A stretch of DNA of 63,529 nt, counting the filler, from Choristocarpus tenellus KU-1152 (taxonomy: Eukaryota > Protista > Phaeophyceae): NCBI GenBank assembly GCA_964200185.2. It is 10 parts of 10 records of this genome, joined end to end, with 100 filler letters (N's around TTAATTAATTAA, not from the genome) between each part and the next. Parts side by side here need not be neighbours in the genome. Positions count along the whole stretch, not along the records: positions 47,887 to 54,866 come from CAXNAD020006928.1; positions 54,967 to 58,477 come from CAXNAD020019535.1; positions 58,578 to 63,529 come from CAXNAD020012407.1; 7 more parts are not named here. One strand, given 5' to 3'. Of this stretch, positions 51,401-63,529 are shown one piece after another (the stretch's first letter is position 1; each line of letters starts with the position of its first letter). The position numbers were made by a program, and so were the translations under genes. Below the pieces are notes generated by a model that did not search any database, was not told the origin of the DNA, and saw only the letters and a list, made by a program, of their open reading frames with translations.

Positions 51401-54400
51401 ATGAGTACAGGGATTCAGGTGGAGCTTGCTTGATGGAATGAAAGATGGGAGGATTTATCCTCGAATTAAGTGTTTCTGAGGACAAGTTCAGTCTTAGGCC
51501 GAGGACTAAGCGAAGGAAGAGATCCTATGACAGGTGTCTAGGAAAATTTGAGTTTAGTTCACGGAAAAAATGACCCACCTGGTCTTCCAGGTCCTCAGTG
51601 AGCTTCTGAGTTCGATTGAATAACGTGTCATAGTCCCGTAGGTACTTCTCCATCATGGCACGGGCTTCATTAAGCTGCTTCTCCACAGCTTGAGCGTTGC
51701 TCTGAGAACGAGTGGCTTCTCTTACCATCTTGAAGGAATGGGTAGGGGTGTGGAAGGTAGCATGGGGAGGGTTGCGTGAACGGGTAGTGGAGGTGGGTCG
51801 AGAGGTAGGAAAAAATCAAGCAGATCGAAATAGATACTTGGATTATATCAAGTCTGGATTGTCTCAGTTATATACTTGGCTACTTTTACTTTGCCTTCTT
51901 GCCAACTCCTTCTCCTTAGACCCTTGAACAGTTCAATCACTTATATTCCTAAGTCAACTGTTTGTTTTTTTCAGTTTCAGTGATGGGGATTAAGGCCCTT
52001 GCGACTGCAGATATCAAGAATGAGACGGGAACACTAGTCAGGGACGGAAGTGGTGTAAGTGGAGTGTTTCCTTCTACCCTGGACGCCCGACCATGCTCAA
52101 CTCTGGGGACATAATCTTTTAGAGCGCCTGGAGAAGGGCGTGGTTTTCAAAGAATGAGAACAGGAAGTTTATAGCAAGTGGATTCCAATGTCGTGAGTAT
52201 TTACATCAAGATTATCCAGAAAAACACCCGTTGTGGTATATTCAAAATGTACAAAGCATTTGAAGACGGCCAATCCTTTGCCCCTGCCCCCTCACCACCC
52301 CACACAACCTGGGAACCATGGCTGGCAACTGTTTCCCATCGAAAAAATCTCAAGGAGTTCCACCAGGGACTCATCTCATCTCTCCCCATTTTTTAACATT
52401 TTGATAAGGTATCCATATATATATATTCTGTAGGCTGAGTGGAAAATTGCAATGCTACACTTGGGTTGGTTTCCATGGTGACTGTTACACTCATTTTTTG
52501 GGACTTGGAGACTAGATTTGGGTTACAGATCCCCAGCATTATGCTGGTGCAATAGCTTCTCTTCTACTTCTCCCCCCCTCCCGCCTTTCCTCTCTTAACT
52601 TAAATCTCCACTTCCATCACATGAACGACTTCATCCTCTTCCACTGCCTCGATAATTGTGTTGGGAACCCTACCACAAAATTGCGCTTGGCCTTAGCTAG
52701 GAATGTCGCCTCAAGGACTTGCTATCCTCAACATTTGTTTTGTTTCATTTGTAGCCTCTTTGAACGCACCCTAACCTATGTGTTCTCAAAACACAGTGAC
52801 TGAGTACACTGTGTCTTGAAAACCAGGAACAAAGGGAGAGCAGAGACCTGTGGAGGTCCCTGCCACATCTAGATTAGTAGTCTTGTTAAAAAAGAAAAAC
52901 ATACACTTAATATATATATATATATTCATATGTACCTACAGTAGTGAGGAATTGGGGGGTAGATGGTACAGTAACATAAACAACAATAACACCAACAAGA
53001 TAGACTCACTACCTCAGTAGTTTTTTTTACATTGTTGATATTTTTTTTAAATTGATGTTTCCATCGCAAACAGACATCCGAGATCCAGCCCCTCGAATAA
53101 TCTCCATATCCCACCCACCTCCTCATGTTCCAAAGTTTTTGCATCAAGCTTTACCCTGACATCCTTGAGCTCCTTGTCTGTACGTTGCCTACGCCGCTGC
53201 TCTCGAGATATCTCGCTGTCCTGTTGGAGATGTGGCAAGGAATGCACATGGCTTTGGGACATACAGGTGGGATGGCTAATAAAGGGAGGGTGGTGAGGGC
53301 CACCCAGGCGTTAAAGCAAAATATGAGTTGTTGACAGATGTAACAACTCTGTTCTGTCTCTAGCACTAATATTATGTAGTATGTGGATAAGGGTTTGAAT
53401 TCCCAACCTCGGCTCCGTTGCAATCTGTACTAAACTTCACTAGTTCTGAGTTAAAGTATCTTAGAGGGTACAAGTTTTTCCCTATTTGTCCATTTGGGAC
53501 TTGGATCCCCACGGGTTTTTAATGGCATTTTACCTACTCCAAAATGTTTTGGAGTAGGTAAGATGTATACGTTATAAAAAGGTGTGTCCAGAGCAAGGAT
53601 GTTGACGTCTCCTAACAAACATGAAAGTCAAAATTACATCAAAATTACATCAAAATTACGACATGCGCTTTTGATCCCCAAATGGACGTGGCTCTACCCT
53701 CTAAGATACTTTGACTCTTCTGCCACAAACAGGTTTCAACAAGCTTGACTGTGGAGTAGATTTGTAGCAATTCTCAGGCACTGTTGATCTAATCACTTGG
53801 GGAACGACTTGTAGACAGGGTTTGTTCTCAAGCACCTCAACACTCCAAGCATGAAAGTACTGGCTTCAACCTCATTGCGTTGGTATCTAAGGGTCATCTC
53901 TCTTCTCACACAAAAAAGTTACTTTGCCCAAGTGTAGGCTTACCTTGAACCTACTGCCAACCAACTGCTTCTATACCACAACAAGTTGTGAAATTTTTCT
54001 TCAGCATGTCCTCTCAGACTTGCACAGGTCTTTCTGACACTAAATTGTGGTAGGTGTGCCTCCTGAAGTCTGAGCAGGAACATGACACACACATCTGAAC
54101 CAGCAATACGGATAATGGATGGCGCGCACAGTCCAGTGATCAGGGACCGCTACTGTGGTGGACCATGCCCAACCCTCATTTCCCTCTTCATATAGAACAT
54201 CAGCGTTCTTGGATTTCGTCATCTTTAGCTATTGCCTTTGAGTCTCTTCTTCCTGATCTCCTTCTCCAAACTTCACCCCTAACGTGTACTCTGCTGATCC
54301 TTCATAGACCGTGTCTTCTCCCTTTCATTTAGCGGCGAAAGGCCTACATCCTCACTTTGGAGATTTCTACAAATCACGTCTAACAATATCAACTCACTGA

Positions 54401-54648
54401 CATGGGACTATTTTCTCTATGCACTGCAATACTAGAGCAAGTACTTCAATTTTACTGACTTTTTGTTTGTGTGGGTAGGACAGTTTCTTATACATATTAA
54501 AGAAAACAGTTACACTTCTATTGCACCTCCCTCATACCTTGCTGTTGATTAGGTCTCTGGCCTCTTGCAGCAAGACGTCTTTTGTGGCCACATCCGTTGA
54601 GAGACTCTGATACTGGTCACTCAGCTCTGTCAGCTTTGTCTTGTAGAT
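48413..54648 (-). CDS. CFAP58: CFAP58/FAP189-like cilia- and flagella-associated coiled-coil protein (6 internal exons)
   Basis: Phase-0 exons 54648-54538, 53220-53119, 51728-51579, 50633-50571, 50106-49978 and 48520-48413: …SEISREQRRRQRTDKELKDV…QAVEKQL…QLSVEN…EIKAKDNEI…NQVQSLEKEL. This aligns without gaps to the CFAP58 segment as I recall it (NEASREFRKKEKLEKELK…QLSQEN…LKAKEEEV…NQIVGLERE). Coiled coils can mislead; paralog identity needs a search. Confidence 0.78.
53448..53717. mobile_element. MITE family B, complete, 4-bp TSD TTCT
   Basis: ttct|gagttaaagtatcttagagggta...taccctctaagatactttgactc|ttct. Confidence 0.9.
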
Positions 54649-55107
54649 CTGTAATTTATATTTCCAGGAACAGATATGTATATATAAATATATTCAGGAT
54701 AACCAGGTAGGGACGGTGTTGGTGAGAGGACAAACATATAGGAACAGATGCAGGCAGAAGAGATCTGAGAATGCGATTGAGGGTTGGTAATGGTGGTGGG
54801 CTTGATGTATGTATTATTTTACTGTGAGACCCAAAGTATCAGGGGGGGGGGAGAGGGGTCTGAGCCNNNNNNNNNNNNNNNNNNNNNNNNNNNNNNNNNN
54901 NNNNNNNNNNTTAATTAATTAANNNNNNNNNNNNNNNNNNNNNNNNNNNNNNNNNNNNNNNNNNNNCCTCCACCCCTCCACCCCTCCACCCCTCCACATG
55001 CCTTCAAGACATTGAATATATGTATGGCTCCATGCTCCATTTCCTACCCAATTAATTATAATCGACCATGATTGTGTTGTCCTTAAAAAAAAAAAAAATC
55101 TTGTCAG

Positions 55108-56910
55108 CCGTTGTGGTTGGCTTTGACAGGTACGTCAACTACTACAAGATCCAGTACGCCCAGCTGTGCATCAACGAGAACCCCGGTTGTCAATTCATCG
55201 CAACCAACACCGATGCTGTGACTCATCTCACGGACGCTCAGGTTAGTGAGTGAGTGAGTTAGTTAGTTGTTGACGTGTCTGTCGATTGGTCAGTTCGGAG
55301 GCTCGTTCGTGGACAGAGTGTTGTTGGTGTGATCGGGACGGTGTTAGAGTCGGTGGTGGTTATCTGTTGATCTGATTGGTTGGTGGGTTGTTTTTTATGC
55401 AAAAGAGAACTACCCAAGTGGAGTATTTTGCTTTGTGTGGTATGGATATATGTTTATTAGCGGAGTGAGCACAGCCCTAACCCTTGGTGGTGGTGGGGGG
55501 GTGCTCTCTCTATATTATCTTATTGTTTATCACGTATATCAGCTGACTCATCATCGCTGACACATCAAGACGTGTCCTGCCGTTACATCGTACTGAGTCA
55601 CTTATCTTGTGTAGCTAGTACTGTGTCAGAACTCCTCCGTCAGTCCGTTTATATCAAGCAATAAGAAATCGATCATCCGAGATTCGAACTCATTACTTTA
55701 CGCACACGAAGGCAAGTCAATGACACTTGTTCCACTTAGCCAATATTCCTGTTGTCTCGTAGTGTTCACTAAGCACGTATATACCATACAGACTATCAGC
55801 CTATATTGCACAGTTTTTGTTGTGTGTGTGGAGTGCTGTTGGTGTGAGTGGTTGGTGTTGGCGTTGATTTTTATTTGTTCATCTGATTGGTTGGTGGGTT
55901 GTTGTGTCTTGGTCATTGATTGGTGGGTTCTTGTATCTTGTTCATTGATTGGTGGGTTGTTTTGTTTTCTTTGGTCCTCTCAATGAGGGGACACTTTGGT
56001 TTTCTTGTGCAGGTTTGCTCCATTGTCTGCTCTTCGTGAAATTATGGTGAAGTCTTGACAGATGCATAGAAGAGAGGAGAAGGAGATGAGAAACTCACAT
56101 GTTGCCCCTTGGCAACTGAGCAGAATGGTTCAAAAAAAATGTGGGATGCACTATCGGAGGCGACAGCTGCCCTCATTGACGAGATGGCTCTTTAAATATC
56201 AGACCCTCCTCCATCCGATTCCTTTCCTAGCCAGCATTCGTTGACACTATGTTGACCTCCAAGTTCCCCAAGGTAATCCCTGCTGATGCACTTCACTGAC
56301 ACATCTTCTTGAGTCATTTTTTTGTCAATGTAGAGGAGTACCTTATTATGTCCTGTCCTAGTCTGTACAGACGCTGTGTATACACCTACATGCAGGACAT
56401 ACATGCACACATGCATGCAGACTTAAAGACGCCGGTGTGATATATCACCTACATACAGGCCATACATGCATACAGACTTAAATATTGAAGACACTGGTGT
56501 GATCAAAATAAAATATTTTGAGGTAAAGGGTAGTATTAGTGTTACTTGATTGGTGACAGAATTATCACAAAAGACAGAAGTACATTTAGGTTTCCACAAC
56601 GTTGGTAGGGAAAAAAGGAATCCGAAGGGATTTTTTTTGTTGTTATTTAAAGCGTTCAAAACGTCACCCATTCCCCCCCCCCTCCCCCCCCTCCTCTATT
56701 TTTTTCTCTCTCTTGGGGTCCGGACTTTATCCGGCCATCTGTCCTCTAATTTGTTTTGTTTGGGGGGTGGGGAGTGTTTTAACAGGAATGGGCCGGGAAC
56801 GGGTCCATGGTGGGAGCTATCAAGGGGTGCACTGGACAGGAACCTCTGGTTGTTGGTAAGCCCAGCCCTTTGATGATCAACTACCTGGAGGAGAAGTACT
56901 CAGTAGACAG
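55108..56910 (+). CDS. PGLP: Phosphoglycolate phosphatase (HAD subfamily IIA), 2 internal exons
   Basis: Exons 55108-55241 and 56786-56910: AVVVGFDRYVNYYKIQYAQLCINENPGCQFIATNTDAVTHLTDAQEWAGNGSMVGAIKGCTGQEPLVVGKPS, as in algal/plant PGLP1. Confidence 0.93.
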
Positions 56911-57198
56911 GTGAGAACCGCTTTTACGTTTTTTTCTTTCATGCTATGTAATTTGGGGTGAGGGGAGGTTATGGTTCTCTTCAAATTGGAAGCTTTCCCA
57001 TGTTCTCTTTAGTATTGCATCCGCTGTATTGTAATTTCAAGTACTTTCTACGAATGTTGAAATATTTGAGGAAGATGAGGGGGGGAGGGAGGGGGGGGGG
57101 GGGGGGTTTCTGTCATGAGGAATTTTGATGCTNNNNNNNNNNTTTTTTGTTGGTGTGTTTTTTTTTTTATTATTTATTTTGTGTTATTGGTGGTGGAT

Positions 57199-57246
<48 letters not shown>

Positions 57247-57565
57247 CTGTCATGAGGAATTTTGATGCTTGACGAGAGCATGGCTGACTAGGTCAAGGCC
57301 TTCCAAGACTATTCAATGTAGTAATATATACTCCAGTAGGAGTAGTACTGTTGTTGTGGTCAGTCTTCTACCTCAGGCAGGGCTCCTCACTGCCCGGGGA
57401 GTGGGGGGGGGGGGGGGGGGGGGGGTTTTTTTTTTTTGTGTGGGTGGTGGGGGTGTTTTTTTTTTGTGGGGGGGTTTTGTAGGTTGTTGTGGGTTNNNNN
57501 NNNNNTCGTCTGGTGTGGGCGGGTTGTTTTGTTGGGGGTGCGTGCTGGCGTGGGCGGGGTGGCGC

Positions 57566-57605
<40 letters not shown>

Positions 57606-58370
57606 AGCTTCTTACTTCTCTGTGTGTGTTGTGCATGTTTCTATTCTAATGGAGTGCATTTGAAGTGTTTTGGCTGATTTAGTTTATACTCACAAATTCT
57701 TCTGGTTCACAGCACCAGAGATTGGTGTCCGATGTGGTGACGATGAGATTCCTTGAGTCTGTTGTTATCTTGGATGGCTTGTGAGGAAATAAGCGTTAGG
57801 ATGCAGGATAGTGACTCTGCATCCAGGGCCGTCCTTGTACTGTTGCACGGGGTTATTGATACACTGTACTCCATAGTACTATGTATGGAGTTGTACATAC
57901 TTTGTGCGTGTGGATGTGAAATGAATTTTTTACCTCCAAGGACGGCCATAGGTACTACCTTCATGATGACAAACGGGCCTCCTACATGTGAGGTGGCAGC
58001 ACAAGGGCGATATTAACGGAAATCTTCAACCTGCACTGTATTTTTCTGGAAAATCCTAAAAATAGGAACTACATTTCCAACCAGAAGGAGTTTGTAGAGT
58101 GCTTACGTTTATGTACGGAGAAAAAATGCCTCTGATTTACTACTCTAGTGAAGTATTTTTTTATTTTATTTTTCAGGACATGACCACGACTGAGTCAGCT
58201 GGATGTGTGAAGAGAGAAGAAATGTAACTGTAGGGTTTTTTGTTGGGTTGGAGATCAGGGAGCGTGTTCAGTGAAAGGCATGTATTTTGTCTCTTGTTGG
58301 TTTGGTGGTAGTGGGTGGTTGCAAGAGGTGCTTTTTATCTTTCATAAGTATGAGCTGTGCAGTTTTTACA

Positions 58371-58477
58371 GGCTCAAAGTATCTGGGGGGGGGGGGGGGG
58401 GTCTACACAAGGGTGCCCATTTGGTCCCTGTCAAGGAGAAGTTCCCTTTACTTTTTCAAACTAAGTATACAACCAAA
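58371..58477. mobile_element. MITE family A1 truncated at contig end
   Basis: ggctcaaagtatct-polyG-tctacacaagggtgcccatttgg. Confidence 0.78.
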
Positions 58478-58577
58478 NNNNNNNNNNNNNNNNNNNNNNN
58501 NNNNNNNNNNNNNNNNNNNNNTTAATTAATTAANNNNNNNNNNNNNNNNNNNNNNNNNNNNNNNNNNNNNNNNNNNN

Positions 58578-61500
58578 CTGTTGCCAGAAAAAAGGCAAAT
58601 CTGCCTTTCTGCATGGAGACGAGGTTTCCATGGTTCGCCAATGTCAACGTAGCATGAGGCCAACCCCATCGACGGGAGTCAGCTTCTTCCTTGTTGCTAT
58701 CCGATGAGGAAGAGTCTGTTTCGTCGAGCCCACCGAGATCATTGTCACCGCTGCTGACGATATTATCTCCTCCACCCGAGCGTTCACCCTGGTCGGTGTC
58801 TTTGACGTCGCGGGAACCAGTTCCAGCGCCATCGCCATCGGTGGGAAGCCAATGGACAGGGAGGTCGAACTCTCGTTTCCCTGTCTTTCTGAGAAGCCGC
58901 ACAGACTCGCTTTGCTTGTGTTTCGCTCTCTGAATGGCTTCATGGTCTGCGAAGGTGGAATCCATGAGCATGAGAACATCAACGGTATGGAAGCATGAAT
59001 GTTACTTTGTAAGCAGGCGTGAGGTTTCACGAATGCGCTCGGGGAGCATGCAGAGCGAGGGAGGGTGTATATTTCGTCGGATTCGTTTATGTTGAGTACA
59101 AGACCGGTACCCTCAAAACATTTATCGGGGTAATCTATTATACTTTTTATTGTAACACGATCACTATGCAGGAGAATGGAAAATGTTTTGATATTCTTTT
59201 TGTAAATGGGATAAAGGCTGCCTCTTACAGAAGTTGCACCAATTTTTTTTGGCTGCCACCGAATACCAAAATTAGCTATCAACTCCGCTCACGAAAAAAT
59301 CGACTTACCCAGTGGGTACGCAGCAGGGAGGCGCTCGTGCGACGCCTGGTACCGCTGCTCCACCTTGAGGATGACGTCTTCGGGAACGCTCTTGAGCTGG
59401 TAGGGTGGTGCATCTTGGATACGAGGCGGGTGGCCGATGAAGAGGTCGTGCAGAGGGGCGTTGGGATCGATAGCAAGGTCTCCACCTATCCCACTCCATT
59501 CGGTGCTGTGCATGTATGGCTTAACGCTAACCTTAACTCGCCCATCACCGCCTTTTTCAATGTGAAAGGCCCTGTAGCGCGTGATGTTCGGGACACGGTT
59601 GACGCGACCGCCAAGGAGTCCCTTGAAGTTGCCCTCGTTTCGTAGGGTCTTCCAGTGGACAGGAACCTACTTGTAGGAGGCCTGCAGCTCTCCAGCCAGC
59701 TGTGTTCTCGTGAATATGTTCTTCCCTTAGATACCACGTGAGAACCTGAAGGTGAAATGCAAGCAAGTTAGTTTTGAGGCGGGGGCGAAAGAAACGAAGT
59801 GGAGAAGGAAGATATATATGCAGACACATGCTCCGATGCATGTATATGGAAGTATAGATGTAAGAAGGGGTGATGCGTACATTTTGTTATTGTTTTGTTT
59901 GTACAGTAGGTTAGGAAACAGTTTTGGCAGCTGCTCTTATCGTTCAATTTTTTGGTGGGGAAATCAAAAGCCAATCAATGAATTAGAGCCAAAGTATCTG
60001 AGAGTGTTCGAATTTTACCCTCTTTGTCCATTTCGGGCTTGGCTTCCTACGCGTTTTTAATGACATTTTAAGTACCCCAAAATCTTTCCGAGTAGGTAAA
60101 ATGTTACGTTTTGAAAAGGGAGTGTACGGAACAAGGGTATTGGCATCCCCTATCAAACATCATAGCCAAAATTACATCACAATTGCAACATTGGATTTTG
60201 ACCCCCAAATGGACATGGCCCTACTCTCTAAGATACTTTGGCCCATTACAGTGTTTGACCATATACCATACATGGTTGCAACGAGCGTGAGACGCAAGCC
60301 TCAAGGTAGTATCTGTCCGTATGAAAACACTATGTGGCTGTCGCACTTGCATATCTTGCCTAATTACCTGGAGAACATCTGATCGATTTTGATGTGCGTG
60401 TGCCCCACCATCATAAAATGTATCTCGACCACACGAATGACACTCGCCGTGACCAACAGCCCCGCATATCCGAGGAAGAAATTGTTCTTGTTCTCTGAGA
60501 CGCAGTTGTCGACCTGGCCAGTTTGGGGAGTCGGGAGGGAGGGAGGGATAGGCGTGAGGCCGATATGTCAGACCATTTCGCCGCGTTTCGTGGAGGAACA
60601 GTGTATGTTTCCAGTACTGCTAGAGCGCAAGGTTTACATCACCGCCATGATACATGCAACAAGCAACACACTAACCAAAACTAAAGACCATGCAGTTAGA
60701 TTTTTGGTGACTGGTCTTCAGCAAGTATGTGTTGAGTAGGTCGTGTGAAGATGAAACTTTCTTACCTGCCAATGCGCGTGCTGAATAATGTGACTCCCCG
60801 TGCGATCGAAGGCTGTTGTGGTACTTGTCGATAAGCCTTGTGAGGGCAAGGTGGGTGGCTGTGCAGACAAGGTTACAACCTGCGCGAACGATGATGTCCG
60901 TCGTATGTTGGCAAATAGTACTCTGCTTACTTACGCATTGTATATTTTGAGCTAAAAAGAGGGGTAATGGAATGTGCTTTTGTGATGTAGAGCACATACA
61001 CCTGACTGGCTGATATACATGTGTGTGGGTTCCCTCCTCCGTTGATTAGCTTTGACGTTCCTCTCGCCCTAGCCCTAAGCTGATGCGTAGGATGGCAGGG
61101 GAGCACAGGGTATAATCAATTAATCGGCTGTTCACTAGGGCTGCGGTATCTGTAGGCACATGGTGTAAGGATGTATTTGTCCTCAGGTATCTAACCTACG
61201 GCAGGTCCACTCGCCACGACCGAAAACCAAGTGGTGCGTGTGTAACAATCATCTATTCAATCATGTGATTGTTTGCCACGACCAACATTACGTACCTCCT
61301 CCAAGATTCATAGGAGTGAAGAACACCTCTACGAACTGGCCTTCGACGTGTGCGGCCATGATTTTCTCTCCCTCGGACTAGCCCCTGATAAGAAGGACAT
61401 GAATGGAAGAATCGTCTAAGGAAAGGTTCTATGGTGTGTCGTCATCATGACGATTGGAATAGGTAGTGGAATTATGTGAGTATGGTTTGGCGGTTATTTC

Positions 61501-62400
61501 TTGTGACTTTGCATTCATTCGTAGAATAAAACAGGGTCGTCTATTTTGTTCTGCATGCGGCTGCGGGCTTGTTGTCAGATGGACTATGCGTGCGTGTGGT
61601 TACCTGTCACCGCCGTGGGTAGATGGGTAAAGTGCTGGGAGGGCGTGTGCTGTCTGGTTTGTGGCGTCTACGGACATGAACACGAACCCAAGAGGTTTAC
61701 CGTCGGCTTTGGCCCGCATGGAGCTGCTGGTGGTGTTGGCGATGACCAGCCGATCTGCTTTGATAATCTGGGGAATGGGGAAGGGCAACGTTACGTCTGT
61801 AAATCAAATAAATTTGCTCAGAGTTGTAAAATAATGGCCACTTGTTAACACGTATGAGGTTAGTAAGAAAATGGAGTGTAGGTAAGAATAAATGTTTGTC
61901 TTTGGATATGTTTTTTAATGCTGCGTTCAATACAAACACAGTATTATGGGGATTGTCGGAAGCACGTTCGTACAGGGCCTGAGAAGCCGTTACAGTACCT
62001 GTCCCTCCTACATCCCGTTGTACACGACCAGGAAACAGTCTATCATATAGCGCGTGTGGGTAGTTAATAAGAACGTTTTTGCGCAGAGTGAGGGTTAGGC
62101 TGCTGCCATTAGCACCTGCGTGGGAGTCTTCATTCGCAAACGGAAACAGATGTTGAAAATGGAGGGCAATGGCGGCGACATGTTGTCACTGTACGCTTGT
62201 TGCAAAATTAACGCTGGACACATACCTCTCGATGTTCTGACATCTCCTTATCGATGGCCTCGAGGACGGTGGAGTCGTTCGTGGGTTTTTCACCAGACAA
62301 AGCCTTTTACGTCCCCCCTCACCCAGCAAAACAGCGGACATGGAGAAGTGCATGTTGGTCTCGGTGTGGTTGCTCATTATACGGACATACAAGTCGTCTC
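58578..62400 (-). pseudogene. Intron-containing Sola-superfamily (Sola2-like) DDD transposase, inactivated
   Basis: Exons ~62400-62226, 61767-61604, 61384-61296, 60879-60766, 60513-60368, 59745-59309 and ~58985-58578. Motifs MSVDATNQ…LP (D1), GGGCNLVCT, WQ|VDNCVSENKNNFFLGY (D2), FMMVGHTHIKIDQMFS|RFS (D3). Stops at 61378-80, 59727-29 and 59667-69, plus frameshifts. Confidence 0.85.
59986..60244. mobile_element. MITE family B inside a transposase intron, 4-bp TSD ATTA
   Basis: atta|gagccaaagtatctgagagtg...ctctctaagatactttggccc|atta. Confidence 0.9.
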
Positions 62401-62975
62401 TGCGTGTTCGGTTTCGACTTGCTTTGCACGTAGGTCTTGGCTGCTTGTACATCATGTGGATTGCTTGTCCTTTGTGCATTGGATGTGTCGTTTTTTTGGA
62501 GGTTTCCATGGACCATGGAACTTAGTGTTTTTACGTCTACCCTCCTTGCACGAGATGTATCTCATGGTTCTGGCATTGTGAAGGGTGCGACTTGACGTTT
62601 TGGGGATGCCGTCGAAATATTGTCAGGACCTCACTCAATGATACGATTGCCTGCACTGTTGCTTACGACGCTATCCTTCTTGTTGTGCTGTCTGTATACC
62701 GTGTCATGTGTCATGATGTCGAACCAGGACTGAGAACACTGCACTACACGACCTTCGCCCTCTCGACCCTACGATACCCTTAGACAGCCTGAAAGAGTTC
62801 GATTTCCGTAACGCGCCTAAGCTCGCCATAGAGTCCATTGCCGCCGAGTCAATACTCCTCAACGACGAAGAGGCGACCAATGAACACTTGCGCATGGTGA
62901 TTAAGTGCTTGCAGATGAAGCTACATCCTCAGGGCACCATCGCGCTATTTGTGCCCCGGCTGTGGGCCGTGCACT

Positions 62976-63233
62976 GAGTGAAAGTATCTTAGAGGGTACG
63001 AGTTTTGCCCTGTTTGTCCATTTGGGGCTTGGGTTCCCAAGGGTTTTTTTAAGACATTTTCCTACTCCAAAATGTATAGGAGTAGGTAAAATGTGTACAT
63101 TATAAAAAGGTGTGTCCGAAACATAGATATTGACACTTCCTAACAAACACGATAGCCAAAATTACATCAAATCGCAACATTGGATTTTGACACACAAAAG
63201 GACGCGGTGCTACCCTTTAAGATACTTTGGCTC
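62976..63233. mobile_element. MITE family B, complete
   Basis: act|gagtgaaagtatcttagagggta...taccctttaagatactttggctc|act. Confidence 0.88.
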
Positions 63234-63529
63234 ACTTACACCGCCTACACAGTGAGTTCGGGAGTTCTCCAGCGCGAAATACGGGGTATATTGTTCACTA
63301 CACGATTTTTTCCGTCTTTCCTCCTATTACAGAATTTCCTATAGTTTGCATCTCTTTTTTCCATTTGTTGTTTGCCTTGCGTTCCACAAAAATAGGACTA
63401 TTATAATGTTAGTGGTATGAGATTTCATGAACCTCTACCATAACTACTTGTGTGATGACACTGTCAAGTTTGACGCATGCTGGACCCACGCGCTCGCTCC
63501 CGCCTTCTCTTCATTCAGGACCTCTTCTC

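Larger units (their letters stand above)
3024..58577. other. Nine artificial contig linkers (N44-TTAATTAATTAA-N44) dispersed over this span
   Basis: Identical 100-nt spacers with stops in all six frames at 3024-3123, 8554-8653, 29211-29310, 35654-35753, 38616-38715, 42225-42324, 47787-47886, 54867-54966 and 58478-58577. The window is 10 concatenated contigs. Confidence 0.98.

Noticed and set aside
53720-54360. Possible copia gag-protease remnant in the CFAP58 intron
   Set aside because: Motifs too decayed to call.
58644-59645. The two longest ORFs (212 aa minus, 208 aa plus)
   Set aside because: Off-frame or antisense shadows of transposase exons and intron; no motifs.
1-63529. Functional gene cluster linking the reductase, UGT, ABCD and PGLP genes
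   Set aside because: Most lie on different contigs joined artificially. Only the reductase/UGT and ABCD/PLAC8 pairs are truly linked, and nothing suggests a shared pathway.

Overview
This is eukaryotic nuclear DNA, not a prokaryotic locus. It is ten unrelated draft contigs joined by 100-nt N-TTAATTAATTAA-N linkers, so adjacency across a linker means nothing. Most of the short ORFs in the six-frame track are noise; the real genes are spliced. By hand-splicing with consistent phases I reconstructed seven partial intron-rich host genes: a Rubisco-LSMT-type SET methyltransferase, a ferric-reductase/NOX-like flavoprotein, a GT1 UDP-glycosyltransferase, a peroxisomal ABCD transporter, a PLAC8 protein, a CFAP58-like flagellar coiled-coil protein and a phosphoglycolate phosphatase. 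There is also a tRNA-Ala(UGC). Gene set, intron structure, TTAGGG motifs and retroelement types suggest a flagellate-stage stramenopile such as a brown alga or relative (inference). Two findings stand out. (1) A decayed, intron-containing Sola-superfamily transposase gene that the ORF track shows only as fragments, together with about 25 copies of five MITE families sharing GR(G/C)YCAAA termini and mostly 4-bp target duplications. (2) An approximately 570-bp pseudogenised bacterial fragment (EnvZ-like kinase end followed by uppS, Rickettsiales-like) embedded in a CRE-type retrotransposon, a probable endosymbiont-to-nucleus transfer. All homology calls come from motif recognition and recalled reference sequences, not database searches.
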